Source: Haliotis rubra (lineage: Eukaryota). From it: 64,000 nt of DNA. The translations under genes and the position numbers were made by a program. Shown here one piece after another: positions 51,916-64,000 of this stretch; position 1 is the stretch's first letter; the number at the start of each line of letters is the position of its first letter. The stretch is taken from contig NW_025765293.1 of the NCBI RefSeq assembly GCF_003918875.1, positions 62,001-126,000 of the forward strand, read 5' to 3'. The notes below the pieces were generated by a model. It saw only the letters and a program-made list of their open reading frames with translations, was not told where the DNA came from and made no database searches.

Positions 51916-52691
51916 TGTAACTGAAAGATTTAATTTTTCCGGATTGCGATCCACATTTTTTATGCCCAAGGGGGCAAGGGAGGTAACTCCAAAAGTGGGA
52001 ACTGCGGTTTGCCATGTGCTTCGCGGTGGTGAAGTTGACAACAAGATGTGTAGACAGTTTGATGGGTTTACAAATTTTGTAAGTATAATTTTGTAGTTAC
52101 AAATCATGTAGTACGCAACATATATGTATTACAGTTACATAATACACTTAAACATGTTAAATTAAGCCATAAATGTGCAGTTATTTCCAAGTTAGGAACA
52201 CGTGGGTTGGCCTAAAATAGTGTCACGTTTTATGTTATTTTGACTGTTATAAGTGAACAGTATCCTCATGTTTTGGGTTTTTGGAAGTGTAGGAATTTCT
52301 GTTGTTCTTGCAGAAACAATTTCACACCTTGTCATGACTTTATTAATCACAATTTTCCATGTTTAACGTGTTGCATTACACAAGTATTTGTAATGTTTGT
52401 TTCTGGCAACTAAAGCCAAAGTAAGTGTATTTCATTCACAAAAACATCATCCGAGGATACTTTATTTACCGAGTAACATTTATTCTGTAACTTGGAGGAA
52501 TATTTTTCAGTGGTATTTAGTACTGTGAAGTTAGTAGAAAACATTTCCATCATGTTTTAGCTTGAACACGACAACCGGCAATATGGAGGAATGCAAGAAG
52601 CAATGAACACTGCTGTGTATATAATCATGATAAAAAGGAAGTAAAACGTCGTGTACAAGAATGAACAAACCTTGTTGTTATGTCTACAACA
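51916..52691 (+). repeat. 5' LTR (776 bp)
   Basis: tgtaactgaaag...tctacaaca, a direct repeat of 58684-59451. Confidence 0.97.
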
Positions 52692-52922
52692 AAAGTTCAA
52701 GAAAATTTGAACTAACATAGTTATCGAGAGATACAGAAGTTATTGTCAAGATGTCTTTGAATGACTCCTACAAGTCAGATGTCACTGATGGTGAATTAGA
52801 TAAAGATGAGAGAGAAACAGACAGAAACAGAAAATATGATATGAATGTAAAAAAATACAACTGTAAATCCAGAAGATTCTGTTAGTCAGGTTTCTGCATC
52901 AAGTCAACTTTCCGCAAAATCA

Positions 52923-54593
52923 TTGATTGCTAGAGTTGCTGCTAAGAAGGCTGCACTAGGTGTTCGTGCTGATGCATTGAGAAGAACACAAGAGCTTAAA
53001 CGCCGTCAAATGGAGCTTGAAGAATTACAAGAAACACTCAAATTGGAGACAGATATTGCAGCGATAGAAGCTGAAGAGTGTGTATATATGGCAGCCTATG
53101 GAAGTGATACTTTGTCAACAGGTAAACGTCGTATGTTACCTCATGAAATGCAACAGGGGTTTCAACGCACACCTGAAAGGACTGATACTTTGGAAGAGAA
53201 GGTAGAAAATGGTAATCAGCCACCAAATCCTAATGATAATGAGGCTTCAGATGAGAAGACGGATTCAGATAGATGGAGTCATGCAGCATTATTAAATGTA
53301 ATTCATGAACAAGATCAGCAGATAAGAGCTCTCCAGCTGCAGCAGCAAAACAGTGTTTCATCTCATGCAGGTGTTTTACCAAGGTATGAGATTACAGATC
53401 GTTTGGATAAAGTGGACCTTGTCGATAAGCATGATGAGTCAGATATTCATCACAGTGATGGCCAATTTCTATCGATGCAGAAGCAAATGCTTAACTTACT
53501 TCAGTTACCTAAAACAGAGCTAATGACATTTGATGGAGATCCATTGAAATACTGGATGTTTGTACGTTCCTTCGAGAACAGTTTTGGAGATGCATATGTC
53601 AATAATAGTGTCAAGTTGAATCGCCTGCTACAGTATTGCACTGGGAAGGCTTTGTCAGTCATTGAATGTTGTGCAGTAATGGAACCTAAAGCTGGGTACT
53701 TGGAAGCAAGGAGACTTTTAAGTGAGCGTTTTGGAAATCAGTTTGTCATATCAAAGGCCCTGGTACAGAAGGTTACTGAGAGACCCTGTTTGAGATATGG
53801 AGATAGTGCAGAACTGCGACGATATGCAGACAACATCAGGAGTTGTGTTGTCACTTTAACAACCATGGGTCGCCTCAATGAAATTGATAATCAGATGTGG
53901 ATGGGAAAGATAATGGAAAAGTTACCACCTTTTCTTCAAGGAAGATGGCAGAGAGAAGCTGTTGGTGTTCTGAAGGCAACTGGCTATTACCCTGACATTG
54001 CTCACCTGGCTGGATTCATAGAGACTGCTGCGGAGGAGGCGAATGATCCTGTGTTCGGAACAATCAACTTTTCTAGAGATGTCAAAATGAATACAAAGTT
54101 GAATTCAAAGAGGAATTCTGCATCTAACTTTAATATTCAAACCAAAGCTGGCTACAAAGGATATGGAGGGCAAACACAGTTTGGAAGAAAGAAATTACCT
54201 GCTTGCAAGTATTGTACTGGTGACCATGCCATATACACTTGTACACAGTTCAAACAGATGAGTCCAGAAAAACGGCATGAGTTTGTTACTGAGAAACATT
54301 TGTGCTATAACTGTTTTTCTAATCAACATATGTCATACAACTGTTTACATCCAAGCAAATGTGGTGTGGATGGATTTAAACGTAAGCATTCAAGACTTTT
54401 GCACTTTACAGGAAGCCAGCGGAGTCGGGCTAATGATGCTGAAAAGAAATATCAGGAAATATCTACACAAACAACAGTCCAGTCTCTTCACAATTCAGTG
54501 TGTGGGGTTAATGGGGCCGGGATGAGCAGGATAGCTCTTCCCATTGTACCAGTTACAATTAAAGGCTGTGAAAGTAGCTGCATCAGGACTTGA
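52923..54593 (+). CDS. gag: BEL/Pao Gag (DUF1759-like region plus triple zinc knuckle), disrupted at the 5' end and at the protease junction
   Basis: LPKTELMTFDGDPLKYWMFVRSF, KLNRLLQYCTGKA, LSERFGN; CKYCTGDHAIYTC, CYNCFSNQHMSYNC, CGVDGFKRKHSRLLH. Confidence 0.9.
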   Translation: MIARVAAKKAALGVRADALRRTQELKRRQMELEELQETLKLETDIAAIEAEECVYMAAYGSDTLSTGKRRMLPHEMQQGFQRTPERTDTLEEKVENGNQPPNPNDNEASDEKTDSDRWSHAALLNVIHEQDQQIRALQLQQQNSVSSHAGVLPRYEITDRLDKVDLVDKHDESDIHHSDGQFLSMQKQMLNLLQLPKTELMTFDGDPLKYWMFVRSFENSFGDAYVNNSVKLNRLLQYCTGKALSVIECCAVMEPKAGYLEARRLLSERFGNQFVISKALVQKVTERPCLRYGDSAELRRYADNIRSCVVTLTTMGRLNEIDNQMWMGKIMEKLPPFLQGRWQREAVGVLKATGYYPDIAHLAGFIETAAEEANDPVFGTINFSRDVKMNTKLNSKRNSASNFNIQTKAGYKGYGGQTQFGRKKLPACKYCTGDHAIYTCTQFKQMSPEKRHEFVTEKHLCYNCFSNQHMSYNCLHPSKCGVDGFKRKHSRLLHFTGSQRSRANDAEKKYQEISTQTTVQSLHNSVCGVNGAGMSRIALPIVPVTIKGCESSCIRT

Positions 54594-57500
54594 CCCAGGA
54601 AGCACAAATTCTTTCTGTACACAGGACATAGTTAAACAACTTGGCCTTCAAGGTAGTAGAACAACTTTATCACTGACCACACTCACTAGTGATAACTCAA
54701 AATCTGACACTACTATGGTAAATTTGGATGTTGCTGACTTGAGTGGTAAGCACTGGATAAAGATGCATCATGTTTTTGTGATTCCTGAAATTCCAGTTTT
54801 TTTCAAACAGTATGGCATCTCAAAGAGACTTAGACAAATGGCCACATTTGAAAGATATCAGTCTGCATGAACTGGAAGGGGCTAAGGTAGATCTTCTTAT
54901 TGGACAGGACAATCCCTCAGCGCTGGCACCAATTGACATTTGTAGAGGTGGTTTGGATGAACCCTATGCTTCAAGAACGATGTTAGGCTGGGTGGTAAAT
55001 GGACCATTGGAGCATGGCAGCCCATGTGCAGTAACATCTCATTATGTCCAAGCTGTGCCAAACGATTGTGAGTTACAGTCTTTAGTGGAGAAATTTTGGA
55101 AAGTGGATTCATATGGACTGGATAGTGAAACTACTATGTCTGTGAATGATCAGAAAGTTATCAACACGTGGCACCAAAGTGTGGAAATTGATCATGGACA
55201 TTACAAGATGGACATTCCATTCAAGTCTGATAATCCAGAATTGCCGAACAATTTTGCTTTTTTTTCCTATTGGAAAGGGGGATATGCAGAAAAGGTGCCT
55301 GATAATGAAATCATTACAGGAGATAAGCCAGTATGGTACATTCCACATCATGCAGTAGTTACTCCTCAGAAACCTGACAAACTAAGAATTGTGTTTGATT
55401 GTTCTGCACAGTGTGCAGGTACAAGTATAAATACTGAAGTCCTACAAGGACCTGATCTTACCAACAAACTGATTGGTGTACTTCTGAGATTTCAGCAACA
55501 CAAGGTGGCTTTTATGGGAGACATAGAAGCTATGTTTCATCAAGTGAAGGTTAGTGAGAAGCATAAGGATGCACTGAGATTTTTGTGGTGGCCTAATATG
55601 GACAGAACTAAACCACCTCAGGTGTATAGAATGACTGTACATTTGTTTGGTGGGGTATGGAGCCCAAGTTGTGCTTCGTATGCTGTTAGACGAACAGCGG
55701 AGGACAATGCTAATGACTTTGATCAGGAAACAGTTCAAACAGTGCAGGAAAATGTGTATGTAGATGACTGTTTAAAGTCAGTGCCAGCAGAAAATGAAGC
55801 CATTCGACTCATTAAGCAACTCTGTGAGCTACTGTCAAAGGGAGGCTTTAGGATGACTAAGTGGATCAGTAACAATAGAACTGTGTTGGATTCAATTCCT
55901 AGTGAAGAGAGAGCAAAAGAAATAAAGAACATTGACTTGGCTAGTGACTTTCTACCTCAAGAGCGAGCTCTTGGAGTAAAGTGGAGTACAGAATATGACA
56001 CACTCGGGTTTCGAACTACCAATAAATCTAAACCAGCTACCAAGAGAGGGTTAATGAGCATTATTGGTTCAGTGTACGATCCTTTTGGATTCATCTGCCC
56101 TGTTGTCCTCAAGGCAAAAATCATCTTTCAAAGTGAATGTCGATTACATAAACAATGGGATGACCCACTGGAACAAGACAATGCCCAGAAATGGTCTGCT
56201 TGGCTTGAGAAATTGCCATTGATTGAAACTTTTGTGGTTGACCGATGTTTAATCCCCTCAGGGTTTGAAAACTTCAAGTGTGATATGCATCATTTTGCTG
56301 ATGCGTCATTGGTGGGATATGGCACAGTGTCCTATCTACGAATAGTCAACAATGAAGGACAGATACATTGCGCTTTTGTGATGGGAAAATCTCGACTTGC
56401 GCCTTTGAAGCAAATGACAGTACCTCGTCTTGAATTATCTGCTGCTTTGATGGCAGTTAGAATTGATCAAATGTTACGCAGAGAACTGAGGTTGGAAATT
56501 GGGGAGTCCATTTTCTGGTCTGATAGTATGACAGTTTTACATTATATCAAGAGTAAGTCCCTGCGGTACAAAACCTTCGTGGCAAATCGAGTGAGTGCTA
56601 TTCATTCAGGTTCTTCACCGGACAGTTGGCGATATGTTAGATCAGACATGAATATAGCTGATGATGCATCCCGTGGCTTAGATGCTGATGAAATTCTTCA
56701 TCGTGATCAATGGATTCATGGTCCAAGTTTCTTATGGCAAGAGGAGCACAGATGGCCAGTGATGCCTGAAATATTACATGTATCAGAGAGTTCTTTAGAA
56801 ATTAAGAACACAGTAGAATCTTTTGTACAAATGAATACAACTGTGTGTGGTATGGACAGATTACTGGAGAGATTCTCATCATGGCTGAAACTGAAGAAAG
56901 CCACAGCGTGGCTTCTGAGATTCAAACAGTGGCTGCTTCAGAGATCAAAGGGAACGGAATTTACATCAGCTGTTTATCAGAAACATTTGACTGTACAAGA
57001 ACTGAAGACTGCAGAAGTTCAGCTTGTAAAGCATTTACAGAGATGTCATTTTCATGAGGAAATAGATTGTCGGAAAAGAGGTGAACAAGTAAAGAAATCT
57101 AGTCCACTCTACAAACTTGATCCAGTCTTGAATTGTCTTGGTGTTTTGTGTGTTGGAGGTCGTTTGGGTAACGCCCCTATTCCAGAAGAATCTAAACACC
57201 CTATGATCATTCCAAAGAATCATCATGTTGGGATTCTCATATCGTCTCACTACCATGAGGTCCTTGGACATTCAGGGCGAGAACATGTTTTGTCTCACAT
57301 GCGGCAACAGTTGTGGCTTATCAATGCACGTACCACAATTAACAAGATACTGCGAAAATGTGTCCATTGTCGACGACATCAAAGTATTCAGAGCTCACAG
57401 CAAATGGCAACTTTACCCAAAGAAAGGGTAACTCCTCACAAACCGCCATTTACTTATGTTGGGGTTGATTGTTTTGGCCCATTTCTTGTAAAAAGGGGCA

Positions 57501-58342
57501 GAAGTTTGGTAAAGCGATATGGATGTTTGTTCACATTCCTGACAGTGAGAGCAATACACATTGAGAAACTTGATTCTATGGAAACAGATTCCTTCATCAA
57601 TGCCTTGACAAGATTTGAGGCACGTCGAGGAAAACCAGAGATTATTAGATCAGATAATGGGACAAACTTCAAAGGGGCAAATCAAGAACTTAAACAAGCT
57701 ATTCAGGAGTTGAATCAAAGTAAGATCTACAATTCTATGCTGGATAGAGACATACAGTGGATCTTCAATCCACCCACAGCCTCGCACATGGGGGGTGCGT
57801 GGGAAAGGCAGATTCGCACGGTGCGCAAAGTTCTGTCTGCTCTACTTAACAAACAGAATGGCCTCAGTGATGAAGGTCTCAATACATTATTTTGTGAAGC
57901 TGAATCTGTCATCAATAGTCGGCCAATAACTGTTGTGTCAGATAGTGTGAATGATTGTGAGCCACTTACTCCAAATCACCTACTTCTATTGCGCTCAAAC
58001 ATATCATTACCACCGGGTAAATTTCGAAAGGAAGATGTTTATGGTCGAATGTGGAGACATGTACAGTTCTTTTCTGATACTTTTTGGAGACGGTGGATAA
58101 AAGAGTATCTACCTACTTTGCAGTTGCGCCAGAAGTGGTTAAAACCCAGTGAGAACTTGAGTGTCGGAGACATTGTGTTAGTGATGGAAGAAAACACACC
58201 TCGAAAGATATGGCCTTTGGCTAGGGTCACAAGGACATTTCCTGGAAAGGACAGGTTGGTGAGATCTGTGGAAGTGAAGTTGAGGGGTTCACTGTTGTTG
58301 AGACCCATTCACAAACTTTGTCTGTTGGAACATGTTGAATGA
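54590..58342 (+). CDS. pol: BEL/Pao Pol (protease, RT, RNase H, integrase), frameshifted near 54590 and 54800, with an apparent deletion before RT
   Basis: LDPGST (PR); WYIPHHAV, KLRIVFDCSA, GDIEAMFHQV, YVDD (RT); HHFADAS, FWSDS (RH); H..GHSG...CVHC, GVDCFGP, SDNGTNF, GGAWER (IN). Confidence 0.95.
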
Positions 58343-58683
58343 ACTATTGCAGAGATTCTGTGATTGAACTATGACAGTAAGACTAATTTTGTTTCATCAA
58401 ATGAGGACTTTGGGTCCCGTTTTGTTTTGATCTTCTGTTGCCCATGCTTGTTGGCAGGGTCATTGATGCATATGACTGTTGCTTGGGTGATTGCTCGTGA
58501 TGTCAACCACTGGAGTGTCTGTACCTGACTTGATTTCGCCGATAGCTGTCGCATAGCTGAAATATTGCTGAACATGGCGCAAAACAGGGACTTTTGAATG
58601 AAGCTTATGATTTGAAGTGTTTTCATGATTTAAAGAGATAAATGTTTGCTTTTAGATTTTGCTGCACATTTAGGGGCCGGGAA

Positions 58684-59451
58684 TGTAACTGAAAGATTTA
58701 ATTTTTCCGGATTGCGATCCACATTTTTTATGCCCAAGGGGGCAAGGGAGGTAACTCCAAAAGTGGGAACTGCGGTTTGCCATGTGCTTCGCGGTGGTGA
58801 AGTTGACAACAAGATGTGTAGACAGTTTGATGGGTTTACAAATTTTGTAAGTATAATTTTGTAGTTACAAATCATGTAGTACGCAACATATATGTATTAC
58901 AGTTACATAATACACTTAAACATGTTAAATTAAGCCATAAATGTGCAGTTATTTCCAAGTTAGGAACACGTGGGTTGGCCTAAAATAGTGTCACGTTTTA
59001 TGTTATTTTGACTGTTATAAGTGAACAGTATCCTCATGTTTTGGGTTTTTGGAAGTGTAGGTTGTTCTTGCAGAAACAATTTCACACCTTGTCATGACTT
59101 TATTAATCACAATTTTCCATGTTTAACGTGTTGCATTACACAAGTATTTGTAATGTTTGTTTCTGGCAACTAAAGCCAAAGTAAGTGTATTTCATTCACA
59201 AAAACATCATCCGAGGATACTTTATTTACCGAGTAACATTTATTCTGTAACTTGGAGGAATATTTTTCAGTGGTATTTAGTACTGTGAAGTTAGTAGAAA
59301 ACATTTCCATCATGTTTTAGCTTGAACACGACAACCGGCAATATGGAGGAATGCAAGAAGCAATGAACACTGCGGTGTATATAATCATGATAAAAAGGAA
59401 GTAAAACGTCGTGTACAAGAATGAACAAACCTTGTTGTTATGTCTACAACA
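58684..59451 (+). repeat. 3' LTR (768 bp)
   Basis: By eye it differs from the 5' LTR by an 8-bp indel and one substitution (gctgtg/gcggtg). Confidence 0.97.
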
Positions 59452-62400
59452 GATATGTCGTGATAAACGTATATCTCCAAATGTGTTGATAATGTTTGTC
59501 TAAGAAATTCAATCGTTACCTTATCACACTGTTCATTCCCTGTTCAACTATCAATGTGACCATACTCGCATGTAAGTTAACAGTAGTATAATGTGTGAAA
59601 TATTCCACGACTCAAGACCACGCGATGCTCGAAATCCAATGATTTTTCAACATGCGAAATAAGAATTGCGAAGCAAGTTGTATAATGATTTTTTAAAATG
59701 CGTTTTCTTAAGTATTACGGTTTCTCCGATAGTAATGACGTGCTTTTTTCAACATATATCTTTATGGCCAACTGACACAATTTTATTTAGAAACAATGTA
59801 GAAAAAACCTTCAACTTCAGTAATAAATAGTGGGCAAAAAGGAATACTTACTAGGTAATGGGCAATGTAGTAGCAAAACGTATTACACGTCCATTGCTTA
59901 CCATCAATCTCATATTCAAATCATTCGTGAACCTCTGCGTCATAACTATGGCTCTAACTGGTATTATCCTGTACCTTACATCATTTTGTATCATTATATA
60001 TTGTGTTCATAACAGTTGTTGCCACTTTACTGTCACCACGTCCATATCAGTTCAACTTTAAAAACACTTCCCCGTACTTTAATATATGCCTCTGTACGTC
60101 ACACTAAAACCAACACCTAAACGTCGCTTCTAATTTCGATAGACGGCGTTCATCCATCTTACCCTTATTCACCTGCTGCTTGCCTGATGCATATAAATGG
60201 CGTACTGTTGCATTTCAAATATTACAACTCATTGCACGTGGGTTCTATAGCCTGCAACATTGCCACACCACCATGCGGTATTTGAGCGGCTGGATCTTAT
60301 CATAATACCTGAGAAATTATCGACCCAACTCGAATACCCGTAAAGATCCGTGTTAGAATTGGTCTTCAACAACCCACGCTTGTCGTTAGAGGCGACTAAC
60401 AGGACGGGTGGCCAGGCTCGCTGACATGGTTGACACATGTCACTGTAACCCAATTGCATGGGTTGATCAGTGGATTGTCTGGTCCAGACCCGACGCTATA
60501 CACACCGACGCTTTATGTTTGCCACATTCGATGGGTGCAGTGGTAAACAATAAACAATCAAACAAAACAGACCCATCCCGAACCTACCCACGAGTCGGTC
60601 ATCTAAGGATGTTAAATGTGTAAATCAACACATGCTTAATGTGTACAAACTGAATGGATATCCTTTTCAGTCCTTTCAAGTTTGTCTCCAAAAAAGTGTA
60701 CACATATATACGAGAAAAGAATTGATTCTTCTGCAAGTAATATTTGTATGACCTTAGATCCGTGTGTGACTTTGATAGACACAGTTACTGAAATGCATAG
60801 GGACCATACTAATACAAATGCTTACACGTGATATGGTGTCCTATTTCAGAAGATCACCCACTGATAATCTTATTGAACATGGTTTCCTTAGAGCAGGTTA
60901 GCTGATGAACAAGATCACATAGATACTATTGGTCAAACAAGACATTTCCTGAAGACTTCCAACACATGCACATGCTAAGCTGTCACCCATGTCAACATGT
61001 AAGCTTTTCAATTTATCCCCAGTTATCTTCTTATGAAACTGTTGGACAATGATGGCGTGTTACATTGTTACGCCTACTAAATCTGAAAACCTCGGCGTTG
61101 GTCTATATCAGTGGCAACATCTATAATCTATATAAGTTATGCGTTGTTCTGTCTAAGAACTCACTGTATATGGTATTGAACATGCTGCACTTAAAGGACA
61201 TCGATACATTCAGTCACGCAAGAGGTTTCAACACAGCTACGTAATGTAAGTCCTAGTTCATAGTATGGTGATCTACCTTCAGTTATTGGCGATCTTTATC
61301 CCGTGTTTTAAATTGTATTGTCTTCTTTGATTAAAATGTTTTAGTTTTACAGGCTAGTTTTATATTCATATTTGTGATACTCTAGTATTATTACTGTCAT
61401 TCGCAGACAGGTTTTACTTTTCAAAATGTTTTCATTATTTATTGTATAATTTGTTTTCGTCACGATATGGCTGAGATATTGCCGATGTGACGTTAGAGAT
61501 TAAGTCACTCACTCACTCAACACAGCACAGCTACATAACGCGCCATGTACATGCACACAAAGTCATTTTATTATCGCCGATATTAATCGCGGTGTACTTT
61601 CAACATGAGTAGTTTCTGCTTTGAGAGGCATTTTAGAATTTGTAAAGATGAAGAAAAACCAAGTTCTATGGATAGTTAACTTCTTCATTGCAATGAGTGC
61701 AACGTTTCGGTGGCGGTACTTAACACTATCACTAACTAACTTGTGGGAACCAACTGCAAACTTTATTCAGATGGATTGTACGAGGATCACGCATCAAATT
61801 GCTAAAAAGCATGTACAAATATCGTTCATGTGAACACCCGCGTTTGTTAAGAATTCGCCAATTTTCACCGATTTTTTATCATTTACTGAACTCATGACAC
61901 AAACGTGGAAGGGCAATAATCGGGATACGAACGTTCTGCTGACTTTGAAACCCGCACCACTTTGCTGTTGGTGACGGTGTCTTTTAAGGTGTTTCAGCCA
62001 GCTCCGCCCTTGTCACATGTCCCGATGCAATAGTTCTGATTCGTTTATAGTTACGCCACCCATGGTCACATGTCGTAACTCCTGACCGGAGAGCTTCTCA
62101 GTGATTCACAGTCAACTATTACTTTAAGAGTCCTTTGCATTCTGGCACAAGTATTTGCCTGCCACGCCACACACATGATCGATCACATGCAGGACCTACC
62201 ACATGCTCACCCATACCTGCTGCCGCCAGTTAGCGATCTAATCACATATTAGTTAATGCACACTCTCATGCGACGTACCCCATAGCAGGCCTCACGCCAG
62301 TCCAATCACTGAGTCCTCAGTTGCCATATTTAATACTAGACACATCAAACATGACATATATGTCTCAGTTCAGTCGCCCCTTTCCATTCCGACATCCCCC

Positions 62401-63055
62401 CCCCCACACACACACACACACATACACACACCTGTCTCTCCTCTCCAGCAAAAATGATCTCTCATATACGCACCATTGTCTCCACTTCCCGGATCACAAA
62501 CATAACCTCATGCATGCATACCCTGAATTTTGTTCAAGTCAATTCTGTTTAGTCGTGTAAGCGTGTGCACCAATTTCAATGATATTAACCTATTTTTCCC
62601 ATCTGTTCTATATGCTTCTAGAGTAACAGAGATTTCTTTTGAATATTGGACAGCGTTTTGTTTCTTGCATTAATATGTTGGTTTTAATTTCCCGACGATT
62701 CAGAACGATGTAGAGTGAGTATCATTTCGAGCATCTCTCGACAATATCCAGAAATACCAGAACGGACAACATCAGAGATGGTCTACAAACACTGCTTCCC
62801 ATTTGGATACTCTAATGCGATAACACCTTAACACTGGACTATAACAAGATACTTTTTTGAGCTAGTTTCAAATGCAGATATTTAATGGGTTTCAGCTAAT
62901 GCATTATTTTAGACTTATCTACAACAGGTAGTTAAGTATATTGTTTATTAGGCCGATGGACGTAGCATACGGAACACAACCAAAATACATCGAAAAAGGT
63001 GTATTAATTTCAGCTTTAATTTCAATTTTATCCTTCCTCGCTCGATCCGACTCAC

Positions 63056-63266
63056 CGCGTACCAGATTATACATACGATCTATCAGATACATGCCTCAGT
63101 GTCTAACCCCGTACCAGATTATACATACGATCTATCAGATAAATGCCTCAGTGTCTAACCCCGTACCAGATTATACATACGATTTATCAGATACATGCCT
63201 CAGTGTCTAACCCCGTACCAGATTATACTTACGATTTATCAGATACATGCCTCAGTGTCTAACCCC
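63056..63266. repeat. 52-bp tandem repeat, about 4 copies
   Basis: Unit ccgtaccagattatacatacgatctatcagatacatgcctcagtgtctaacc. Confidence 0.93.
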
Positions 63267-63289
63267 TTACATTTTCTGTCTCAATAAAT

Positions 63290-64000
63290 GAATGAATCGT
63301 ATCGCTTAGGAGTCAGGCAAGGTTGCATCTTAAGCCCTTTTCTATAAATGAATTAGCAACCCAAATCCAAGAAACCTGTTCCAACTGTATCCAATCACAT
63401 CCAGATATTAATGCAAATATTCCTGTTACTATTTGACATTATATTGCTTTCAATTAACAATTGAAGGTCTACAAAGAGAGATTATTGAATTAGAGAATTA
63501 CTGTGATAAATGGAAACTAACTGTAAACCAGGCTAAAACAAAGATAATTGTTTTTAAAATTGGAGGTAAACTAACCAATAATGAAAAATGGCTCTACAAG
63601 GGAAATCGACTGGACACAACCACTTGGCAGAAATACTTAGGTGTGCATTTTACAAATCATCATCATGGGCATTACACACATCACAGGCATCTATACAAGC
63701 AAAGGAAATATAAATAGGTATTACAAAATATATACATATTTTAGGCGACTTGTTTCGCAATTTATTTCAAAATATTTGACGCCAAAATGTATCAAATTTT
63801 GCTATATGGTGTAGAAGTATGAGGTTTTAAAACTTTAATGCTAAGGAAAAAATCTATTTGTATGCTTGCAGGAAATTTCATGGTGTAAAAACTGTCACGT
63901 CAACTTGTATGGTTTACGGAGAATGTGGAAGATATTCATTGTACATAGATTCAGATGTAAAGATTATTAGATACTGGTTAAACTTTCTACCAATGCCTTC
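63290..64000 (+). mobile_element. Decayed non-LTR retrotransposon reverse transcriptase (runs off window)
   Basis: GVRQGCILSP, INEL, LLLF.DI.LL, GLQREIIELENYCDKWKLTVNQAKTKIIVF, KYLGVHF, ILLYGVEV*G, VYGECGRY, with many frameshifts and stops. Confidence 0.9.

Larger units (their letters stand above)
51916..59451 (+). mobile_element. Full-length BEL/Pao LTR retrotransposon
   Basis: TG...CA LTRs at 51916-52691 and 58684-59451; TSD GATAT at 51911-51915 and 59452-59456; purine-rich PPT just before 58684. Domain order Gag-PR-RT-RH-IN. Confidence 0.97.

Overview
Eukaryotic, intron-containing invertebrate DNA. The SINE families and repeat landscape suggest a gastropod mollusc, possibly abalone; this is inference, not a database result. 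(1) The last three exons of a GM2-activator/ML-domain lipid-binding gene lie on + (3-2592). (2) A minus-strand cluster of TRIM-type immune genes ends in a divergent B30.2/SPRY-like domain. Gene A is RING-Bbox1-Bbox2-coiled coil-SPRY (16150-11551, two frameshifts). Gene B is an 11-exon model with an unusual CARD-coiled coil-RING-Bbox1-Bbox2-coiled coil-SPRY architecture (35693-26460, at least four frame breaks). Gene C is a truncated duplicate of gene A (about 49690-51612). (3) A full-length BEL/Pao LTR retrotransposon (51916-59451) has near-identical LTRs, a GATAT target duplication and a damaged gag-pol. (4) Other mobile DNA includes several Tc1/mariner relics, MITEs, three SINE families, and Penelope and LINE fragments. 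(5) At least eight minisatellites are present; two can be traced to their source sequence inside the window, one from gene A's stop-codon region and one from a single CCAAT/CRE-like unit. There is one assembly gap (47006-47208). The most interesting item is the CARD-TRIM-SPRY gene, a death-fold-capped TRIM analogous in design to vertebrate pyrin, inside a birth-and-death TRIM-SPRY cluster. All exon models and translations were read by eye.
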